Shown here one piece after another: positions 31,381-39,750 of a stretch of DNA of 64,000 bases (the first letter of the stretch is position 1; each line of letters begins with the position of its first letter). Location of the stretch: contig OZ253559.1 of NCBI GenBank assembly GCA_965262785.1, positions 1,819,571 to 1,883,570 on the forward strand. The letters are read 5' to 3'. The notes beneath the pieces were generated by a model that worked only from the letters and a program-made list of their open reading frames with translations, did no database searches and was not told where the DNA came from. The DNA comes from Rhodothermales bacterium. Its GTDB lineage: Bacteria; Bacteroidota; Rhodothermia; Rhodothermales; Bin80. The position numbers and the translations under genes were made by a program.

Positions 31381-31409
31381 TTGACCACAGGGAAACCTCG
31401 TCATATATT
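31381..31409 (+). promoter_or_regulatory. candidate sigma70-type promoter for the blaI/blaR1-like operon
   Basis: TTGACC-N17-TATATT lies about 70 nt upstream of the blaI-like ATG. It is followed by the imperfect palindrome GCTAGTATGATAGC (31417-31430), which could be an operator. Confidence 0.35.
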
Positions 31410-31480
31410 GGTCGTAAGTGCTAGTATGATAGCATGTCCGCAGTGCATGATTGGACCTTCTCCCGGTAAGGGTGGACGTA

Positions 31481-31873
31481 ATGAAGAAGAAGAAATCTCC
31501 GATGGACCTGGGGCGTCGTGAGCGTCAGATAATGGCGTTTGTCTACCAGCATAGTCAGGCCACGGCCGCCGAAGTGATGGAGGGCATCGACAGCCCGCCG
31601 AGTTATTCGGGTGTGCGGGCGATGCTGCGCATTTTGGAGGAGAAAGGCCATTTGCGGCACCACCGGGAGGGAGCGCGCTACATCTACACACCGACGCTTT
31701 CTCCGGAAGAAGCAGGGCGTTCGGCCATGAACTACATGGTGCAGATGTTCTTCAACGGCTCGGCCGAGCAAGCTGTGGCGACGCTGCTCGAGCTGAAGAG
31801 GACAGATCTCACCGCAAGCGACCTCGACCACCTCTCCGGCTTGATTGAACAGGCCAAACAACAAGGGCGATAG
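31481..31873 (+). CDS. BlaI/MecI/CopY-family transcriptional repressor
   Basis: 130 aa. Winged-helix block LGRRERQIMAFVYQHSQATAAEVMEGI.......VRAMLRILEEKGHLRH..EGARYIYTP. It ends 2 nt before the M56 gene. Confidence 0.8.
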   Translation: MKKKKSPMDLGRRERQIMAFVYQHSQATAAEVMEGIDSPPSYSGVRAMLRILEEKGHLRHHREGARYIYTPTLSPEEAGRSAMNYMVQMFFNGSAEQAVATLLELKRTDLTASDLDHLSGLIEQAKQQGR

Positions 31874-31875
31874 GC

Positions 31876-34713
31876 ATGAATACGTTGATGGAATTCACTC
31901 ATTTCCCCGCCAGCATGAGCTCCTGGTTGGTGCTGATGCTGACGTTGTTTGTCAAAGGCGCTTTGGTGCTTACGGCTGCCGGGCTTCTGGTTTACGCCTT
32001 GCGGCGCAGTTCGGCGGCCGTCCGCTATGTGGTGTGGTGCGCGGGGCTGTTGAGCCTGCTGGCGCTGCCGGTGCTTTCGGTGCTTTTGCCGCAGTGGCAG
32101 ACGGGTCTTCTGCCGCAAGCGGCCGTTCTGGTTCAGGAAGCTCCCCGCGCGGTTCCACACGTGGCTCCTGCCTCTGTGCCGCTCCTGGATGTCCCGACGG
32201 CTGCGCCCGCCATACCACCGCCGGTCATCGACGAAGCTGCTGCTCCCGTCGCTGTGGCATCGCCGCAGACAGGCCGGGCTGAAGCCCCTGCAGTGGGGGT
32301 AGCCTCTGGGCCCCTTTTTGCCGCTTTCGACTTTCACTGGTCGACGTGGGTGTTTATGGTGTGGCTGGCCGGTCTGCTGTTCGTGCTGGTTCGAATGGCT
32401 ATTGCGCACGCCGGGGTACACCTGCTCGTCCTCCGTGGCACGATGGTGCAAGACGACGATTGGCGTCAGCTGGCCAGCGATATGGCTAACCGGCTGGGTA
32501 TCCGGCGGTTGGTGCGGCTGCGCTGGAGCGCGTGGACGGCGGTCCCGTTGAGCGTTGGCGTGTGGCGGCCTACCATCATCTTGCCGGAGACGGCGAAGCT
32601 GTGGGACGAGCAGCATCGCCGCACGGTGCTGCTCCACGAACTGGCACACGTCAGACGCCGCGATTGCCTGATGCAGTTCTTGACGCAAGTCGCCTGTGCC
32701 TTCCACTGGTTCAACCCGCTGGCGTGGGTAGCTGCTCGCCAGTCGCGCTTCGAACGAGAGCGTGCTGCCGACGACATGGTGCTGTTGGCCGGTACGCAGG
32801 CCTCCACGTATGCCGAGATCTTGCTGGAGACCGCCCGTTCGCTGCACTCGGCAAGATGGACAGCGGTGGCGTCGCTGGCCATGGCGCGGCACTCCCAGCT
32901 GGAGAGCCGCCTGATGGCCATTCTCGATCCATCGTTGCGCCATCGGAGCCTGAGCCGGGCCGGCGCTACCATGGCTGTCGTCATAGCGGCGTGCATAGTG
33001 CTACCGCTGGCCGTGCTCAATCCCGCCCAAGCCCAGCGTGATACCATCGAAAGGACAGACGAGGTTGCTGTTGGCACCGTGTCGCCACTCAACGATGCAC
33101 GCTTCACAGTCACCAAGGACATCAAGAGTGATTCCGAAGCTGTCGTCAACATCGAGCCGAAGGTCGTCCTTGATCCAGGCGTCGTTACTGACGACTACAT
33201 CGATACCAGCTACGACTACATCCCAGCTGCTGGCTCAATTTGGGAGGGTGCATCTATGGATACTCTTACCGCTGAGCAGCGCAAGATGCTGCGCAGCAAG
33301 TATGGCATCGATAGCACATTTATCCATGAGATAGAAATGCTAGGCTTCACGGACTTGACCTTCAGCGAACTGGTCGCCCTGGCCAACTACGACGTCGACC
33401 CAAGCTATATCCGGGGCATGCAGACGGCGGGCTTCACAGACTTGACTAAGAATGCACTGATCACGCTGGCCGGCAGTGACGTTGATGCAAAGTATGTCCG
33501 TGGAATGCAGGCCGCGGGGATCACGGACTTGAGCGTAAATGAGTTGGTCACCTTGGCTGAAAGTGACGTTGACGCAAAGTATGTCCGCGGAATGCAGGCC
33601 GCGGGGATCACGGACTTGAGCGTAAATGAGTTGGTCACCTTGGCTGAAAGTGACGTTGACGCAAAGTATGTCCGCGGAATGCAGGCCGCGGGGATCACGG
33701 ACTTGAGCGTAAATGAGTTGGTCACCTTGGCTGAAAGTGACGTTGACGCAAAGTATGTCCGCGGAATGCAGGCTGCGGGATTCACGAATTTGAGCGTAAA
33801 TGAGTTGGTCACCTTGGCTGACAGTGACGTTGACCCAAACTATGTCCGCGGAATGCAGGCCGCAGGGATCAAAAACTTGAGCCTGAACAAATTGGTCACC
33901 CTAGGCAGCAATGACATTGACCCAGACTATATCCTTGGGATGCAGGCCACGGGCTTCACAGACTTGACCACGAATCAATTGGTCACGCTGGCCAATTATG
34001 ACATTGACCCAGGTTATATCCTCGGAATGCAGGCCGCGGGCTTTACAGACTTGGGTGTGAACGAATTGGTCACATTGGCCAATACTGACATCGACCCATT
34101 CTACGTCCGCGAAATGCAGTCTGTCGGCTTCACAGATTTGACCATGGCTGAACTGGCCACCTTGGCCGACTATGACATTGACTCAGAATATATCCGGGGT
34201 ATGCAGGCCGCAGGTCGTGCAGACCTGACCATAACTGAACTGGCCACCATGGCCGATTGGGGCATTGACCCAGATTTTATCCGAGGAATGCAGGCTGCAG
34301 GTCGCACAGACTTGACCGTGAACGAACTGATCACCCTGGACGATCATGACATTGCCCCAGACTACGTCCGCGGCATGCAGGCCGCCGGCCGCGCAGACTT
34401 GAGCGTGAATGAACTGATCACCCTGGACGAATATGACATTGATCCAGGCTTTATCAGCGGAATGCAGGCCATCGGCCGCGCAGGCTTGACCGTGAATGAG
34501 CTTGTCACTCTGTTCAAGCATGAAATCGATTCTGATTATGTCCGGGGTATGCAGGCTGCAGGCCTCGCGGACTTGACCGTAAATCAACTTGTCGTTCTGG
34601 CCAGGTATGAGATCGACCCAGACTTTGTCCGAGGACTCCAAGCCTCAGGATTCACGGAACTAACAGTGAGTGAAGTCGTCGCTCAAGCCAGGAAATCTAT
34701 GCACCAAGAATAA
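31876..34713 (+). CDS. BlaR1/M56-family membrane metalloprotease sensor with a 16x29-aa C-terminal repeat array
   Basis: N-terminal TM helices and the M56 zinc motif HELAHVRRRD. It is adjacent to a BlaI-type repressor. The C-terminal 463 aa are tandem repeats. Confidence 0.8.
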   Translation: MNTLMEFTHFPASMSSWLVLMLTLFVKGALVLTAAGLLVYALRRSSAAVRYVVWCAGLLSLLALPVLSVLLPQWQTGLLPQAAVLVQEAPRAVPHVAPASVPLLDVPTAAPAIPPPVIDEAAAPVAVASPQTGRAEAPAVGVASGPLFAAFDFHWSTWVFMVWLAGLLFVLVRMAIAHAGVHLLVLRGTMVQDDDWRQLASDMANRLGIRRLVRLRWSAWTAVPLSVGVWRPTIILPETAKLWDEQHRRTVLLHELAHVRRRDCLMQFLTQVACAFHWFNPLAWVAARQSRFERERAADDMVLLAGTQASTYAEILLETARSLHSARWTAVASLAMARHSQLESRLMAILDPSLRHRSLSRAGATMAVVIAACIVLPLAVLNPAQAQRDTIERTDEVAVGTVSPLNDARFTVTKDIKSDSEAVVNIEPKVVLDPGVVTDDYIDTSYDYIPAAGSIWEGASMDTLTAEQRKMLRSKYGIDSTFIHEIEMLGFTDLTFSELVALANYDVDPSYIRGMQTAGFTDLTKNALITLAGSDVDAKYVRGMQAAGITDLSVNELVTLAESDVDAKYVRGMQAAGITDLSVNELVTLAESDVDAKYVRGMQAAGITDLSVNELVTLAESDVDAKYVRGMQAAGFTNLSVNELVTLADSDVDPNYVRGMQAAGIKNLSLNKLVTLGSNDIDPDYILGMQATGFTDLTTNQLVTLANYDIDPGYILGMQAAGFTDLGVNELVTLANTDIDPFYVREMQSVGFTDLTMAELATLADYDIDSEYIRGMQAAGRADLTITELATMADWGIDPDFIRGMQAAGRTDLTVNELITLDDHDIAPDYVRGMQAAGRADLSVNELITLDEYDIDPGFISGMQAIGRAGLTVNELVTLFKHEIDSDYVRGMQAAGLADLTVNQLVVLARYEIDPDFVRGLQASGFTELTVSEVVAQARKSMHQE
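33322..34710 (+). repeat. 16 in-frame tandem repeats of 87 bp / 29 aa, consensus Y(V/I)RGMQAAG(F/I/R)TDL(T/S)VNELVTLA.(Y/S)D(I/V)D(P/A).
   Basis: Counted directly from the translation. The register is constant from IHEIEMLGFTDLTFSELVALANYDVDPS to FVRGLQASGFTELTVSEVVAQARKSMHQE. Confidence 0.95.
33486..33833 (+). repeat. four youngest 87-bp units of the array
   Basis: Units 33573-33659 and 33660-33746 are identical by eye. Unit 33486-33572 differs at 2 positions (T/C). Unit 33747-33833 differs at several positions. Confidence 0.9.
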
Positions 34714-35390
34714 TTTGGGCTTCCCCGTCAACACGGACAATACTCAGCTAGCCAAGCCGCACTACCACTGTGGATTGGTCTGCGGCCGTTTGCTGGGCGG
34801 ATTCGTCCAAGGTGAAACAACACTTCACTGTAGCCCACTGCTCGCTCAACTCTTTTAGGATTGCGCCCATCTATCGGATCACTGGTGCTACGCCGGGGAA
34901 GATCTGAATCACGCGCCCGCGACGCCGAAGTCCCTTTGTCACGCCCATTGCCATGTTGGCCGTCCGGGCGGGCCCTCTATAGGACTCTCTACTCGGAGAG
35001 AGCTCGGGAGCACTATCTCACCATTCCGGAGCACCGCCAATCGCTGAGTTATGAGGAATTCATGCGCGGCCTCAAGATCCAGGATCACTGGTACGATTTT
35101 CCATGGACAGCTTCTGACTCCGCTGCTTGGAATACCATAGCCACACGGAATTTGTGCCCAAGCGCGAGGATACCGCTAGGCACACACTGCCACAGAATCC
35201 CAACTTGCCGGCGGAGAAGGGGGCGGCGCTTGGCTCGAAATGGTGAGAGGTACAGGAGGCTTGGCTGCACAACCTGGCCAATGTGACACTTGCTGACTAC
35301 GACGCCAAGTACCGTTTACATGCCCTTAGCCTAGAAGCGCGACACGCAGGGCAGGTTCTTGGAAATTCCGATAAGAGCAATTGTCAGACG

Positions 35391-35580
35391 AAACTCTGGG
35401 GCCCGAAGTTGCCGGCTACCGGCGCGAAACCCTGAGCGTTGCCGCCCCAATCTGAACCCCGTCTCCAGTATGGCCGTTCGCGTGCCGATGGCCGAATCGG
35501 CCTTTGAAACCGGCCGTCTGGACGCGCGAATCTGAATAGGGCAAGGGGGCCTCGGTCTTCGGCCAGTGATGAAAAACAAT
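35391..35580. repeat. copy 1 of a diverged direct repeat of about 190 nt
   Basis: The core GAAACTCTGGGGCCCGAAGTTGCCGGCTACCGGCGCG matches 36502-36538. A looser match extends to ...GATGAAAAACAATGCC. Confidence 0.6.
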
Positions 35581-35773
35581 GCCGATTTCTTTCCTTTCCC
35601 CGGAAACCGGCCCTAGCCACGGTTGTTAACAAGATGCAACCAATGTTAACGACCGGATGACGAAACCGAAATCAACGGCGCTACGGCTGACGCCGCGCGG
35701 GCGGGCGGACTTGGAGCGCATCCAGCGGGCGATACGTCCGGAGCTGATGCGGACTCGGAGGGAACGACGACGA

Positions 35774-36319
35774 ATGAAGAGATCAATAACGATACTAGCT
35801 CAAGGTGTTTTCCTGTTGATGGGTTCGGTGGCAGTTGCTCAGATTCCATCACCTGATTGGTTACAATCAGATTGGCCCGGCATGACGCTGCAACAGTTTG
35901 CAGATATCACTGTGTTAGGGGATAGCGCGGTAGTTATTGAGCAACTAGACAAAGATAGCGTTACCCAGAAGGTCGTGCTGAGTGCTCCCAGTGTAAAGCT
36001 TACAGGTAGACTGGGAGAAGTATTCTATGTTGGTGATAGAAATTCACCTCCCTCTGGCTTCTTACTCGAGGGCAATGCAGTTGCTTATCTCGGTGACTTG
36101 GAACTTCAGACAACAGTAAATCCCGATTCGTCCAAATCAGATTATTGGCGCGTTACCGTTTATAACTCACTAGTCGAAATTCGGACAGAATTGGTAACGA
36201 ATAGCCATGCCCAGAAGAATCCTACTGGTTCTTTGGGTGTGGATGTGGAACTCCTGAACCAGGGAGCGGAGCATACTAGAGCAGTGGTAGAAGAAATTAG
36301 GAGACGTAGGAATCAATAA
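35774..36319 (+). CDS. hypothetical secreted protein (orphan, AT-rich)
   Basis: Signal peptide MKRSITILAQGVFLLMGSVAVAQ. About 181 aa with no motif I recognise. The ATG at 35774 is preferred because the upstream 39 codons are Arg-rich, GC-rich and look non-coding. Confidence 0.5.
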   Translation: MKRSITILAQGVFLLMGSVAVAQIPSPDWLQSDWPGMTLQQFADITVLGDSAVVIEQLDKDSVTQKVVLSAPSVKLTGRLGEVFYVGDRNSPPSGFLLEGNAVAYLGDLELQTTVNPDSSKSDYWRVTVYNSLVEIRTELVTNSHAQKNPTGSLGVDVELLNQGAEHTRAVVEEIRRRRNQ

Positions 36320-36501
36320 GTACCCATTCGGTGAGGCCCTTCCCGTGTAGCCGGATTGGTATTGGTGACCATGTACGGTAGAATCTAGGTTTGGCCTATT
36401 GATTGGATGTGGTCAGTGCCGCAGCGGATTGCGAGCGGTTTCGGCCTGTTGGTGGACGCCGCCTTGTCACGCAACCCGCGCTCTATGGAAGTTATCAAAT
36501 G

Positions 36502-36690
36502 AAACTCTCGGGCCCGAAGTTGCCAGCTGCAGGCGCGCAATCCTGCGTGTCTCTACCCAAGTCCTGAAGGCCCGCCCGGCACTGCCTCCGGGAATACGAT
36601 GGGCCGCGACACCGTGGTCGGCGGATTCCCTGCCCACTGCCACGCTCAAGAAAGGCTGCGCAGCGGCGAAAAATCATGGCAGTCCGCATC
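36502..36690. repeat. copy 2 of the diverged direct repeat
   Basis: The core is GAAACTCTCGGGCCCGAAGTTGCCAGCTGCAGGCGCG. The distal part ...GGCGAAAAATCATGGC is in the same orientation as copy 1, 1111 bp downstream. Confidence 0.6.
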
Positions 36691-36841
36691 ACCTACTGCA
36701 ACGGTACTCCTCAAGTCGTAGTACCGGACACGAGCGTCGGACTTGTCAGTGTCTGACATGAAACTGCTCTGACCGGCTTGGAACGAGCACACTAAACCAA
36801 TACGACGTCTCCCTGCAGCTGACGGCCTGCCTCATTCGGCG

Positions 36842-37332
36842 CTACTGCCTGGACCGTATGACTACTTGCGGCGCCGAACCTCTTTCTTGTCTCACGCGGA
36901 CGATCATGTCTCGTTCCGTGACGTATCCAATGTAGCCATGTCCGATGTGCGTAAATGCGCCGCTGAGTGCATCGACCCGGAATACGAAGTGGCGCCACAG
37001 CTCGTCGCCGAGTGACCTTGAGACACCCAGATAGAAATTGCCATCGCTGTATGCTTCCGACAGGGTGAGGTGTCCACGACCCTTTTCCTTGGCGTCGGCA
37101 ACAGTGTAGCGGATTGACGGACGGCCATTCTCCGACATCGATTCCAGGGTGTTGATGGCTGGCTTGACGCCCACTACCCTGAGGTGCCAAAGTAAATCGC
37201 CATGTTCACTGTAGGCCGTCACAACCGGTATGTTGTCCCGGATATGTCCGACAACGCCGTGCTGCGCAATGCACGAAAGCGATCCGCCGCTGGACAGCCG
37301 TTCGACAACCATTGAATTTGTCGATTTGTAGG
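36842..37332 (-). pseudogene. beta-propeller (NHL/6-bladed type) gene, 3' segment (1 of 3)
   Basis: It aligns with the C-terminal third of the intact paralogue 45838..47181 (ERLSSGGSLSC.. against RALLSDGPLGC..). It joins in frame to 39824..39992 when the IS256-type element is removed. Confidence 0.8.
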
Positions 37333-37347
37333 GGTGGTGCGCCATTC

Positions 37348-38640
37348 TCAGTTGGTGGAAGGCGTCCTCAGTAGCGTGGAGGTAGTATTCAATTGTGCTG
37401 TGCAACTTATGTGTTCATGTAAAGCCATGCGTAGCTTCGGAAGATGCTCTGCTTGGGGAATCCGCTGCAAGTTACGAAGGGATTCCATGGCCCCCAGCGC
37501 CATCCACCGTTGAATCTGATCCGAGTGCATCCAGTGCGTCACGTTGTGGAAGAGGCGACTGAAGGCACTGTTCAGGTTCTCGATGCTGTTGGTAGTTCGC
37601 AAGCTTCGGCCCAGCGGTTTGGCCAGTCCGAGTTGATGCAGCTTCAGTGTCTCTTCCATGCCCTCCGCGAGACTCGAGGCAGCCTTGGGTGCGCTGGTCT
37701 TCAACGTCTCTTGGATCATCGTCAGCGCAGCCTTGGCCTCCGCGTAAGTGGGCTTTCGATAGGCCGCCTGCAGACGCTTACGCCAGTGATCCTGATCCTC
37801 TTTGTTCAGATGAGCCACCACGTTTTCTTGCTTGTGCCAGCAGCAGCGCTGAATGAGCGCGTACTTTCCAAAGACTTTGTCTACAGCCGCGTGTATGCCC
37901 TTGGACCCATCCACCATGCAGAGCAGTCCTTGCTGGAAGCGTAGCCCACGGGCAATCAGGGCTTCCAGAAGCCCCTGGATGGCCTCGGTATTCTCCGAAG
38001 GTACCTGCGCAAACCCCAGTACTACCTTCTCGCCGGTAAGGGTCAGCCCCATGACGACCATCATCTGGTACTTCGCAAAGTGCTTGCCGTCGATCCACAG
38101 GCCCACCAGGTCCAGGCTGTCCAGCCGACGCTCAAAGAACGCTTCCAGCGTCTGGGCGCCACGCTTGATAAACCTGCGCCGGACCGAGGTCGCACTCAGA
38201 CCAAAGGCCTCGGCAAACTGCCGGGCGGCCCGCTGGTAGTTGCGCTGGCTGATTCCCATGAGCAACATCTCGGTCAGCTTTTCATCATCTACCTTCGTGC
38301 TGCGAAGTCGTTGGTAACTCTCAAGGGGGCGCGCCTTGTTCGTGCGGGTGTCGTGCACGCGCGGCACGCGGATGCGTACCCGCTGCCCCCACAGTCGGAT
38401 GGACCCTGGATTGTAGCCCCAGCGCAGGTAACGCCCCTGGTGCGGCCTGTGGCGTCTGCTGCGGTAAGTTCCGCAAAGCGCAGCTACCTCGTCACTGATG
38501 ATCTGCAAGGCCATGTGCTGGATAAACGTGCCGATGTTCAGCACCGCGTTGATTTTCGCCTGCATGCTGCACGGGCTGAAGGCACGCATGAGCTCTCCGA
38601 AGAGGTCCAAAGGAAAAGAAGCGGTGGTAGGGGTCTTCAT
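37348..38640 (-). CDS. IS256/Mutator-family transposase with an intact DDE
   Basis: 430 aa with LWIDGKH, MVDGSKGI, QRCCWHKQEN and TTNSIENLN signatures. The stop codon lies inside the left IR. Confidence 0.85.
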   Translation of the reverse strand: MKTPTTASFPLDLFGELMRAFSPCSMQAKINAVLNIGTFIQHMALQIISDEVAALCGTYRSRRHRPHQGRYLRWGYNPGSIRLWGQRVRIRVPRVHDTRTNKARPLESYQRLRSTKVDDEKLTEMLLMGISQRNYQRAARQFAEAFGLSATSVRRRFIKRGAQTLEAFFERRLDSLDLVGLWIDGKHFAKYQMMVVMGLTLTGEKVVLGFAQVPSENTEAIQGLLEALIARGLRFQQGLLCMVDGSKGIHAAVDKVFGKYALIQRCCWHKQENVVAHLNKEDQDHWRKRLQAAYRKPTYAEAKAALTMIQETLKTSAPKAASSLAEGMEETLKLHQLGLAKPLGRSLRTTNSIENLNSAFSRLFHNVTHWMHSDQIQRWMALGAMESLRNLQRIPQAEHLPKLRMALHEHISCTAQLNTTSTLLRTPSTN

Positions 38641-38655
38641 AGGTACAAGGGTGGA

Positions 38656-39750
38656 TTAGCATTCAGTAGTACGTTCGCCGAAGAGGGTATTGCGAAGGCG
38701 CGCAAGGTATGCAGCGTGGGCCAGACGGTACAGGCCTGTTTCCATTTCCAGCAGTCCCAGGGCCATGCACGCCTCGCGCTGCTCCGGTGGCATCCACCGG
38801 GCATACTGCCTCAAGCGTGTGACTAAGCGTTGGCTGACACGGCCAATCACGCTGGTGGTCTTAAGGCTCCGACCCAGGGCGGCAAAGACTCCGGCCCGGT
38901 GCAAGGTCAGCGTCTGCTTGAGCCCCTCCTTCAGGCAGCAGCCCGCGGTGCGGTTCTCGCGGGCCACCGTGCTGTGCACACGCATCAGCGCCCGTAGGGC
39001 CGTCTCGTAGTCGGCTGCCTCCCACGCGTGACGCAAAGCGCAGCGCACCTCCAGACGCTTCTCCTCGGGCAGATAGCTCAGCACACGCCGGGTCTTTTGC
39101 ACCTGGCACCGTTGCACCTGGGCGGAATCGGCCAGGCGGGTCGCGAGTGCCTCGCAGAGGCCGCTTCCCCCCGGGATCACGCACAAGATTCCTCGCTCCG
39201 TGCAAAGCCCCCGCTCGGTGAGCTGCTGCAGCATCCGACTCAGAAGTGCGGCGTCCTCCAGCGACGAAGCTACAAAGCTCAGGATCCGTCTGTGTCCCGT
39301 CATCGTAGCGCCTATGCAGAAGACATACTGCGTGCCCAGGACATAGGCGGCGTCGATCCACAACGCCCCGAAGTCGTCCTGTGACAATGGCCGAGTAGTG
39401 AATACTTCCAGGGCCCGCTCCGCGTGGGCTGACACCAAAGGGTCCAGTGGCTGCGCACCAGAAGGCGCGAGCTTCGGCCCCTCCCGCGTGGATACGCAGC
39501 TCGCACAGCAGGTACACGCTGCGGTATCGGCGCTGGCTACAGGCGCTTCCAGTTCCAGACCATCAGCCCCGCCTGCATTGGCGCGCTCATGCCGCGCTGC
39601 CCCCTCTCGGCCGAGCAACTCCATGATCTCGCTGAACTGCCTGACCAGGTAGAGACGCCAGTCACCAGAGGCGCGCAGATCAGCGCCAGAGACGCTGTCA
39701 AGATGGGTGGGATGCGTGTGTAGTCCGTGCATAGAAAGCAGAATAGACAT
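38656..39750 (-). CDS. IS256/Mutator-family transposase paralogue lacking the second Asp and the Glu of the DDE triad
   Basis: It is collinear with the 37348..38640 product over about 230 aa (LWIDAAY, RGL, QRC, LGRSLKTT, MALG). However it has VIPGGSGL, QRCQVQ and TTSVIGRVS at the catalytic positions. A start at 39732 is also possible. Confidence 0.7.
   Translation of the reverse strand: MSILLSMHGLHTHPTHLDSVSGADLRASGDWRLYLVRQFSEIMELLGREGAARHERANAGGADGLELEAPVASADTAACTCCASCVSTREGPKLAPSGAQPLDPLVSAHAERALEVFTTRPLSQDDFGALWIDAAYVLGTQYVFCIGATMTGHRRILSFVASSLEDAALLSRMLQQLTERGLCTERGILCVIPGGSGLCEALATRLADSAQVQRCQVQKTRRVLSYLPEEKRLEVRCALRHAWEAADYETALRALMRVHSTVARENRTAGCCLKEGLKQTLTLHRAGVFAALGRSLKTTSVIGRVSQRLVTRLRQYARWMPPEQREACMALGLLEMETGLYRLAHAAYLARLRNTLFGERTTEC

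Noticed and set aside
31732-32943. Long antisense ORFs: 31732..32943 (403 aa), 20828..21676 (282 aa), 14028..14726 (232 aa), 54851..55570 (239 aa), 3872..4552 (226 aa) and 32466..33152 (228 aa).
   Set aside because: Each lies opposite a gene with strong family signatures. Their products are Arg/Pro/His-rich and featureless. Such open antisense frames are expected in GC-rich DNA.
33405-33812. A 135-aa minus-strand ORF with its own striking internal repeats (TYFASTSLSAKVTNSFTLKSVIPAACIPR...).
   Set aside because: It is the antisense shadow of the in-frame 87-bp repeats of the BlaR1-like gene. The plus-strand frame runs continuously from a recognisable M56 domain.
33486-33833. The near-identical 87-bp tandem units could be read as a CRISPR-like array.
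   Set aside because: There are no spacers between the units. The units abut directly, keep the reading frame of a long CDS, and no cas genes are present.
34861-35286. A 141-aa ORF containing H-x-S-L-S-Y-E-E-F-M-R-G-L-K, which is reminiscent of the McrB/AAA FHxSYSYEDFVEG motif. It could be a relic of a restriction GTPase.
   Set aside because: Only about 15 residues match. The rest of the frame is Arg-rich and featureless, and no Walker motifs could be recovered in any frame. This is too little to support a pseudogene call without a database search.
35384-36700. The direct repeats around ORF 35774-36319 could be integron attC sites, making the ORF a gene cassette.
   Set aside because: I found no GTTRRRY / RYYYAAC core sites in the appropriate positions, no internal imperfect palindrome of attC type, and no intI gene in the window.
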